Positions 56,801 through 64,000 of a stretch of DNA of 64,000 nucleotides are shown piece by piece. The DNA is from Balanoglossus misakiensis (lineage: Eukaryota > Animalia > Hemichordata). Position 1 is the stretch's first letter; each line of letters opens with the position of its first letter. The notes beneath the pieces were generated by a model, which had not been told where the DNA came from, did not search any database, and saw nothing but the letters and a program-made list of their open reading frames with translations. The position numbers and the translations under genes were made by a program. The stretch is taken from contig CM082596.2 of NCBI GenBank assembly GCA_040954595.2, positions 1,207,854 to 1,271,853 of the forward strand, given 5' to 3'.

Positions 56801-59800
56801 CATAAACTTCAAGAACATTCAGAGTATCCCCCCTTCTCCAATTAAACTGTGACTTACAAACTTTGCTACATGTGTTCAAATAACATACCAGATGAATTAT
56901 GCTCCTTTTTGATCAAGGTCATAGATCATAATGTATCAATGTGTGCTAACTAGCAGAGCCTTTACACATTGCACAGCCAAGTTACCTTAATTGGGTCTAA
57001 GTTCTTAGGATCTGACCTGACCTGAGTGACACACCCCCTCCCCTTGTAACCCACCATAAAGTCTAATTAGAAGAATATGACCAGTCTGGTGGCTCTACTT
57101 ACCCATAATGGGACCAATTATCCCCTGTTTATTCAACTGGTGAATTTACTAAAAACATTGCCAAGTCTAATCAGCTACTTTTTGTTGCACAGAAAGATTA
57201 TCTAATCGGGGAAAGAATGTTTGGAATGAAAGGCTACAAAAAAGTTTTAATGCATACACTGCCCTCTCCGGCCAATTGAGAAAACTTTTGTCTTTAATAC
57301 CCGCTGCGGCGCAAGAGCCCTGTGGGGTTGGTTCTATTCTGGAATGCTAACTTCAAAATTCTTGTCTGATTTTTTTCCTTGTCTGGACAAATACAATGTA
57401 GTCTATTAACACTGGTAATGGTGAGGTCAACCGTCACTATGTCAATGTGCATCATGACATCATGAAAACTTCTTTTTGGGTGACTCATGTCTAATACGAC
57501 ACCAGACGGAAACCACAGAACCACAAACAGACCAAAAAAGATTTCCTGTTGACGAAAATAGGCAGTCGCACTTTCATTAAGTTACAGGCACGCAGCAACC
57601 AAAGCCTTGAAATCATGTCTACTGTTACTCAACTAAAAGAGTGTCATTTCCCTTGAATGTAAATGTTTATTTGCGGCACTTATTTCCGGGAGTTGCAAAA
57701 CAAATAAAAAACCCACAACACAAAGACAATGCCCTCTCTGCAGGCACTTCACTGCTACTTGACTGAGCCACATCCATCATCATGGAATCTACTTCACACA
57801 GCAAAGTATCAGTGAGCATTTCACAAGTTTTGTCATCATACCAGCAGAAATATGAGACAGAAATTATAGTACCTAACACTACAGAGTTTAGTTTAGAAGT
57901 TGTCAATACGTTCTTAATCTTGTACATATCACTCACTATACACAAGTTAGCCAATAGATGCTCCACCAAAGGAAATTTGACAGTCCGATAATTTATTACT
58001 GCATTATGTGAAAGATGAAATTTACCAACCTACTATTACAGGTATTAAACTTGGAATTGTCCATCACACTACTGCATTGTGGGAAATATGTTGGATCCAC
58101 TGAGATATCATTGCATTATTGGAAAAGGAAGCAGCCAACACACTACTTCGAGTTGACTAATGAGGGAACAGTGACACAAAAATTAACACAACAATAAAAC
58201 AAGACAAACATTACCTACCTTTAACTCACACTTCTTATGGCATGCATATTTACACACTGAAAATAAAACAAATTAATTTTTCATCAGCCTTTATCAACAC
58301 TGTGCAAACACTTACTGAGGGCAAACTTTCAATAGTTAATGTCGGTCAACTTGAGAATGCAGACTGCGTTTATTCTGTCTGATGTATTCTGATACAAATG
58401 TTTATTCAGCAGATATGGTTCTCACACAAATTAAAATGGTTTCATATCGTCAGTTGTTGAGTATTTTTCGACGTCATTTTACAGCATCCCCGAGATGCAT
58501 TCCTTGCAAATACCGAGACTCCCCTGTTGGCCTGTTCTTTGAATGTCACTTGTGTCCTACAGATCATGACACGGAAGTCTTACAGGTCACACAACAATCT
58601 GTAGAACCAGTCATCAGTTTCGCTCTTTGGCATCACAAACAGCAAACGGAAATAATGAATCTGCTTGACTGAAATGTCAAATATTTTATCTTTTGGTGAC
58701 TACTCACCTCTACATTGTACACCTTCACTCCAGATAACTTGCTTGCAGAGATCACAGTCCCTTGGATGTCTGTATGTCTTGAGTTTGAAAGTGTGGCTTT
58801 GTGATTCTATAACTTCTGGGGGCTGAAATTAAAAAAAAAAGACACACAATATTGAAATGCAAGATTACAAGTCAGTTTTTACGAGTAAGCCAATAACATT
58901 TTATGTTTATGAAGTAAATGAGGTTAATACCAGGAACATATTCGATATTCCAATTAAAATATAACGCAATCACCCATTATATAACCTAACCATCAACTTT
59001 ATTTTTATTTCACATATTTTACTGCGAAGTGCACCATATTGAGGTTATTTTTAGTTTTTTTTTATTTACAGTAAAGTTACCCACACTCATTTTTAATGGT
59101 GTGGTCAACTCCTTTATCTGAAATACGAGCAAATAAAACAGCAGTTATGGCTTTCCTTTATAACCGAAGACATGGAACAAACATTGTCATCCGTTTGGAC
59201 AGTTCATTACTCTCTATAGTTATAGCCCCGCTATTCTGAAAGTTGAGTTCAGTTTTCAATGTCAGCAATTGATAACTGAGATAGGCATAATTTACAATAC
59301 CATCAAAGGCAGTGGCACAAATCCATTTGAATGTGACTGCAAACAACAAAGAAAGGAAGAACTACAGAGGACCTGTTGTGGTCAGATGAATCAGAAATCG
59401 ACCAAGCATGGAGTATTGTCCCCTGACTTCGAACTTGCAATCGCAGCGCCATTGTTGCCTGGACTACAATTTTATTAGTTCCCTGGCATACCTTTGATGA
59501 GTCCTTAACATTTTTATGATCTGTCAAAACCCAGGTCTATTCTAGGGTTAACACAGCTTTTACATCTTGATTGCTGTTTGCTGTTTGTTTGTTAGGACAG
59601 TAACACTGGTAGCTAACCACAATATATCGTCCAATATTCTCTTTCAGTATTCTTTTTGATTTCTGAACACGTGGTAGAAAGGGCTGTGTTATTCCAGATG
59701 GGTAGAAAATTGTCATGCAAGACACGACTGATGGGTGTGTGGCCTGACCTGATCTGAACTTTCTTTTGGGACTTGAAGAGACCCAGTTACCTGAAAAAAT

Positions 59801-62657
59801 ATGATTTCAGGTCAGCAGATGCAAATACTTGTACAGCCACTCCTATTCAGCAAACACAAAAGGCAGGAAACTGGTTTTTAACTTCAGAATCGTGCAATAC
59901 ATCCTCCCACCTATATTTGTTAGTCACCCTACTCTCAGATGATAACAAGTCTATCAAAATGCTGGTGCAACAAAATATTTGAACAGGACCATGCAAATAG
60001 CACTATGTGATAAGATGTAGTACAGTTGTGTCACCAAATCTTTCTCATATATGAGCTGAGATGTTAAAACTCTTTCCTGCATGTGCAAGCAGACAAAAAA
60101 GTTGTGGTTATAACCAATAAAACATCAAATCAAGTCCTATAATCATTCTCATTCAAGGGAAGCAAAGTTGCAATGATCACTGATCGAAATTGGCCAAAGC
60201 GCTTCTCCCTTGTGGTCTCTGTGAAGGAATTTCCCTTCTTAAAACTTATATTGTGACTCTCCCAGACAATCCCTGAGGGAATTCCTCATGGGAAGAACTG
60301 GTGACCAAAGATGAACTTTCACCCCACTGCATCTCAGAGCACTATTTTTAGCTTGCAAAAGGAGCTGCATGTGCTCAGCAGTTCAAGATGACACAGTTGG
60401 TGTCTGTATTGTATCCATTTCTGACAGTAATGAGGTCTCATCTCCGATGGGACCTAAACCATCTAGGGTTCCAGAAAACTGTCTTTTCTCTGGGAGCAAT
60501 GTCGAGACTGATCAAATTGGTACAAAAAGTTCACTTGATAAAATCAAAATTAGATAGAACAGTGAACCATGAATGTTTGCATAATTGCCATGGCGATGAC
60601 CAGTCAGAGGCAGTGAACAGTAGTATCGCAGGATATTATTTCCTAACACTGGAGGCTCGATCAGAAGCTGGGTTACGGGGTTTACACGGATTTTGGTTTC
60701 TGAGGAACAGAAATCAGGTCAGAGCTTGCCCTGTCCGAGGATGTAGTTCAGGAAATTTGATTCCTTGCCAATTGGTTTATTCTGAAAGTATACAGTGTGG
60801 AGTTTAGAGATAATACAGAGGCCTTTCCGACAACTAGATTTTGAAATTTGAGGAAACAATGAAATAACTATTTCTTGCGGTCCAACTCCACCAAGGTTAA
60901 TACCAGTTCACCTACAGCTTTTGGAGTGGAACACAAAGTGTCTTATTCTGAGGAATGTTTACAAAATACCCTGCCTGAGATACAGCCAGTTTGATCCATA
61001 GTTTCTAGTGGTACTTCATCTAGGACAAATTAATGAATAATATCATCTTTGTACCCATTTTATATCACGCTTATACTGTCTACAAGTAAAAGGTCACAAA
61101 TACCACTTGAATGACTTTCAAAGGTGTACTGTATATGGGATAAAAATCGGAATGCAAACAAGTTGAATGGGGTGAAACTTTCAATAGAAAACAAAGACGT
61201 TCAGGAGATGTTCCCAAGACGTGCCCTTGAGAAATGGATGATCTGGTGTGGGCCAATTGTATTCTTCACTGAATGGCCATATGGTATAAATAGTACAGTG
61301 ACCTAGGTGACTCATCCATGTCATTTAGACCACTTACTTCCAATTCTAGAATCTCAAAGTAAAAAACTTTTGTCCTTTTTAACCATTTAGACCCGGGGTC
61401 AATAGGAGTCAGGGTACAAAGCTTCTTGATGGAACGCTTTTTCGGCTTGTCAAGTAAAGATAAGATTTTGTGGAAACATATTCAGCTTGCTTATTATTTT
61501 CTCATATCATAAGGAATATTCTTTAATATCTGTGGCAGCCATTAAACCTTTCACCCCAAGTTCCCTCTTTAGAAAACAATGGGCTTGGACTGGACCATGG
61601 TGGTGAAAGGGTTAAAGAATAGTAATTTCTATGGCAGGCAGCAATAAAGAATAATTCTTTGGTGTCTGTGCGTGGCAGCCATATTGTCTTCAAAGACATC
61701 ACATTGTAGAATACCATGTACCATGAGATCTTATATTTTTCATAAAATTTGAAAAGATATACATGTATTAGTTTTATTTGGCATGAACTGTAGCCTAAAC
61801 AGGAAGACGCACCGACTTCTGGAAGTACGGTTTACTTCTATCCTCTGGCACAATTCAAAATCACATAAACAAATATAGTCTACATTTTACATTTGTTGGA
61901 TCATAGGTCTATGGTTGGATCAACTTACATTGCCTTCAACTTCCTACATTTTTTATTTCCGATGCATATTTGAATAATTCTCTCAAAACATTTTCACTTC
62001 AAAAATTGTGACTTCTCATTATCCACATAAAGTGACAAAGTTTTACTTTGTTGAAAGGGTTTGACTCTAGTCCAGATCAGTGAAAGTGTTCGAACACTTC
62101 AGCAGACATGGGTCAAATGTTGACCCAGCTACTTTCGACCGGAAAAGTTGCAATCCAGAACAATCAAGACAGTTCAACTCAGGACAATGCCGGCTCAACA
62201 ACTGGACTTTAAATATGCCATGGTATATTTTAACACTTATCACCATTAACAAGAAACTGATGTCATCAACTACAAACTTTCCTACCTACATGTAAAATTG
62301 AAGTGCTCTACACAATTTGTGTTCAGAATTTAGAGAGAATTCTGCCGTTCACACCTAAGCTGTTAGAATAATGGCTCAGTAACTTTTCCAAAAGTGCCTT
62401 CGCTTGAACCGTCACGAAATCACTCTGCCAAGAATGCATAGCAACTTCAAAAACCTTGTAAACACACTTGATGACAGAAGACGGGACTAGAACGTGAACA
62501 GAAGTAGGTGAAAATTGAACCTGAGAGACAAAAAATGTGCACCCTCACACTATGAGTGGAATGCAACAATTGTATAAAAGTAAATGTTATTTACCTTGTG
62601 AGGAAAGATCTTTACCACATACTGGAAATTAAATCGAGTGTTCAGCTCGGCTGGCAT
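29283..62657 (-). CDS. TNS: Tensin (C1, PTEN-like PTP + C2, long disordered region, SH2, PTB); spliced model of 29 exons, ~2,990 aa
   Basis: Exons 5'->3' (minus): 62657-62595 (tentative), 58822-58708, 58256-58219, 48960-48922, 45567-45526, 45340-45285, 45163-45111, 45016-44868, 44741-44619, 44211-44147, 43273-43074, 42881-42821, 42683-42611, 42397-42268, 42040-41861, 41575-38248, 36637-35460, 35298-35069, 34846-34552, 34084-32563, 32382-32240, 32001-31915, 31786-31658, 31425-31255, 31036-30950, 30640-30472, 30059-29991, 29652-29614, 29430-29283. All introns GT-AG with matching phases; total 8,982 nt is divisible by 3. Tensin hallmarks: [66 protein letters not shown]. Confidence 0.93.
29614..29652 (-). 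CDS. TNS: Tensin exon (PTB)
   Basis: 39 nt, [13 protein letters not shown]; aag / gtaagt; phase 2-2. Confidence 0.85.
29831..29881. repeat. (GACA)n microsatellite in intron
   Basis: CAGACAGACA... run read directly. Confidence 0.9.
29991..30059 (-). CDS. TNS: Tensin exon (PTB)
   Basis: [23 protein letters not shown]; ctgtag / gtgagt. Confidence 0.93.
30275..30306. repeat. (GT)n microsatellite in intron
   Basis: GCGTGTGTGT...GCGTGTGTGTGTGT read directly. Confidence 0.9.
30472..30640 (-). CDS. TNS: Tensin exon (PTB N-terminal part)
   Basis: [25 protein letters not shown]...[18 protein letters not shown]. Confidence 0.95.
30950..31036 (-). CDS. TNS: Tensin exon (SH2-PTB linker)
   Basis: [29 protein letters not shown](A), ending in the conserved LLxQGAA; phase 1-1. 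Confidence 0.9.
31255..31425 (-). CDS. TNS: Tensin exon (SH2 C-terminal part)
   Basis: [55 protein letters not shown]. Confidence 0.95.
31658..31786 (-). CDS. TNS: Tensin exon (SH2 core)
   Basis: [36 protein letters not shown]; FLVR-type Arg intact. Confidence 0.95.
31915..32001 (-). CDS. TNS: Tensin exon (SH2 start)
   Basis: [29 protein letters not shown]. Confidence 0.95.
32240..32382 (-). CDS. TNS: Tensin exon (pre-SH2 disordered region)
   Basis: [47 protein letters not shown]; phase 2-1 fits both neighbours. Confidence 0.85.
32563..34084 (-). CDS. TNS: Tensin large exon (Q/H/P-rich disordered region)
   Basis: 1,522-nt open exon matching the 497-aa ORF; tttgtag acceptor, gtaagc donor. 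Confidence 0.88.
34552..34846 (-). CDS. TNS: Tensin exon (disordered region)
   Basis: [10 protein letters not shown]...[19 protein letters not shown]...; phase 0-1. Confidence 0.8.
35069..35298 (-). CDS. TNS: Tensin exon (disordered region)
   Basis: [34 protein letters not shown]...GAPKS; gtaagt donor; phase 1-0. Confidence 0.8.
35460..36637 (-). CDS. TNS: Tensin S/T/P-rich exon ending in the conserved [12 protein letters not shown] motif
   Basis: Open for 1,178 nt; the end resembles the vertebrate tensin-1 motif LEGLVAHRVAG (from memory); phase 2-1. Confidence 0.8.
38248..41575 (-). CDS. TNS: Tensin giant exon (3,328 nt; His/Gln/Gly/Pro-rich)
   Basis: Matches the 1133-aa ORF; starts with the tensin motif [15 protein letters not shown] and contains [11 protein letters not shown]; ttcacag acceptor, gtaaga donor. 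Confidence 0.9.
40305..40621 (-). repeat. In-frame 159-bp tandem duplication (2 copies of 53 aa) inside the giant exon
   Basis: CTGATGAAGATGACCACC at 40305 and 40464; peptide [52 protein letters not shown] occurs twice. Confidence 0.95.
41861..42040 (-). CDS. TNS: Tensin exon (end of C2 domain)
   Basis: [15 protein letters not shown]...[17 protein letters not shown]. Confidence 0.93.
42268..42397 (-). CDS. TNS: Tensin exon (C2 domain)
   Basis: [43 protein letters not shown]. Confidence 0.95.
42611..42683 (-). CDS. TNS: Tensin exon (C2 domain)
   Basis: [24 protein letters not shown]; phase 2-0. Confidence 0.9.
42821..42881 (-). CDS. TNS: Tensin exon (C2 domain)
   Basis: [21 protein letters not shown]. 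Confidence 0.93.
43074..43273 (-). CDS. TNS: Tensin exon (PTP end and C2 start)
   Basis: EKFAMERYF...[38 protein letters not shown]. Confidence 0.95.
44147..44211 (-). CDS. TNS: Tensin exon (PTP P-loop, second half)
   Basis: [22 protein letters not shown]; phase 0-2. Confidence 0.92.
44619..44741 (-). CDS. TNS: Tensin exon (PTP domain)
   Basis: [41 protein letters not shown]. Confidence 0.95.
44868..45016 (-). CDS. TNS: Tensin exon (PTP domain)
   Basis: [50 protein letters not shown]. Confidence 0.95.
45111..45163 (-). CDS. TNS: Tensin exon (PTP start)
   Basis: [17 protein letters not shown], equivalent to LDLTYITERII of PTEN/tensins; phase 2-1. Confidence 0.9.
45285..45340 (-). CDS. TNS: Tensin exon (C1-PTP linker)
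   Basis: [19 protein letters not shown]; cttcag / gtaagt; phase 0-2. Confidence 0.7.
45526..45567 (-). CDS. TNS: Tensin probable small exon (C1-PTP linker)
   Basis: [14 protein letters not shown]; ttatag / gtaaga; symmetric phase 0-0. Confidence 0.6.
48922..48960 (-). CDS. TNS: Tensin exon (end of C1 domain)
   Basis: [13 protein letters not shown] supplies the last C1 cysteine; ctccag / gtaagt. Confidence 0.85.
58219..58256 (-). CDS. TNS: Tensin exon (C1 zinc finger)
   Basis: [13 protein letters not shown]; tttcag / gtaggt. Confidence 0.9.
58708..58822 (-). CDS. TNS: Tensin exon (C1 zinc finger start)
   Basis: [38 protein letters not shown]; H..CxxC..C C1 pattern. Confidence 0.92.
61542..61615. 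mobile_element. 74-bp MITE-like element with TTAA ends (piggyBac-like termini)
   Basis: TTAAACCTTTCACC ... GGTGAAAGGGTTAA: 14-bp inverted ends with one mismatch, TTAA at both ends. Confidence 0.5.
62595..62657 (-). CDS. TNS: Candidate first coding exon of tensin
   Basis: ATG-initiated [21 protein letters not shown] then aag|gtaaat, phase 0, matching the C1 exon acceptor; no homology evidence, so the true start could lie outside the window. Confidence 0.45.
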
Positions 62658-64000
62658 ACCGTCATAGCAGCCATGAGATGTTTTTTTTAAATGGTGGAGT
62701 AGCTGTTAGTCCGACTAGGGCGAGGGTCAGGTGGTATTTTTAGCGAGCGTCAAATGCCAGGATACCGTTTAGACGTGACAGTGTTTTCTCGCACTCAGCA
62801 AGTTGATCTGGGACTCCCACAATGGGAAACAATGGGTTTTTGGAATTCAAGGTTGGGACCATAGGGTGTTGGGATTTTATTCAGAAGAGTTAAAAGGACT
62901 GACTTAAAGCCTTGAAGGACGGGTCGCAATACAACGAACAATTGTCGTAAGCGCCCCACCGCTGTGACCAACCTAACTGATCGCAGGAAGTGACCTCAAT
63001 GTAATACGCCTACAATAACCGTAAAAGGACAACATTGAACACTCACAGCAGAAATAGCCACCTATCCAATTGGCATATTTATGTCCATAATTGTACTTAT
63101 TATAATAATCACTGTAATAAGAATGTTCTAAGTACTGGTCGTAATATTCAAACATTATACCTCGGCTGTTGTGTCATCTCACATCACAAGGGGTACAACA
63201 TGTGGCTTACATATGGAAACTGACTGACCCGAACTAGTTCAGCCATGGAGACAGCATAGGCATTCGTTAATCGCTTTTTGATTTTCCGGTTTCATATTTG
63301 TACACCAATAAATTTGCCTGGCAATGCAAACACACCATTGGTCACACATGTAAAGTGGATTGGTGAAAACATGTTGTTGTGATCGGAATGAGAGGTGAAT
63401 TGAAGTTGGAATGTTTATTCCGTCGCCCGTACTTCTCCAGGATAAATCTAATCAGACGGATAGTCGCAGGTTGTGTTTTCTCTAAGATCAGATATTACAC
63501 TAGATGGAAGACGAGAATAATGTAACTTCTAGTTTAGTGTGGATACCTTTGAACAGATGTTTGCACCGTGTGGAAATTGGCCAAAGCGATTCAGACTCTG
63601 GTTGTATTCACCAACTTACATATTACGCCACATGTCGACTGGTTCCGCCAGTAAACGTGCAGACAGGCATGTCATGGGACAAGCCACAAACAAGATTTCA
63701 AGTCAAATGTATGGTTGCCGAGGTGATCTGAAGTTATTAGGGCTCAATTAGATCGTGCCTACATGCCAGAGTGGTTATATGTTACGACACTACGGGAGAT
63801 CAAACGTGCTGATTTGTGCAACCGCCTCCAACCTGACAGTCCCATTGTCCAAAGTAACATTCTTCAACTCTACCAGTAGTACATGTTATCTCACCATCTC
63901 ACAGAAGCATTTCATTTAGAAGTGAAAACTTTCAAGGTATTCATACCACAGTCAACTGTCATACAGACAGCACCACGTGTAATTATATGTATTTGGTGGT

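Noticed and set aside
46700-64000. Scattered 60-140-aa ORFs in long introns and upstream DNA
   Set aside because: No recognisable domains or transposase/RT motifs; lengths as expected by chance.

Overview
Eukaryotic (animal, probably marine invertebrate) genomic DNA in two parts. (1) 1-~26,860 is a very homogeneous 88-bp tandem satellite (~294 copies, running off the left edge). At ~25,900 it flips orientation into a short block of diverged 87-bp monomers, which ends in isolated copies of an invariant 22-bp core. Just outside lie a degenerate tRNA-like (Pol III A/B box) segment and a perfect 18-bp inverted-repeat hairpin; together this looks like the end of a transposon-like element whose internal repeats have expanded into a satellite. 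(2) ~27,200-62,700 is one minus-strand multi-exon tensin gene (C1 - PTEN-like PTP/C2 - very long disordered region - SH2 - PTB). I reconstructed 29 GT-AG exons by hand with consistent phases (8,982 nt, ~2,990 aa if all are used). Its PTP domain has Ser in place of the catalytic Cys. All calls are from reading the sequence; no searches were run.
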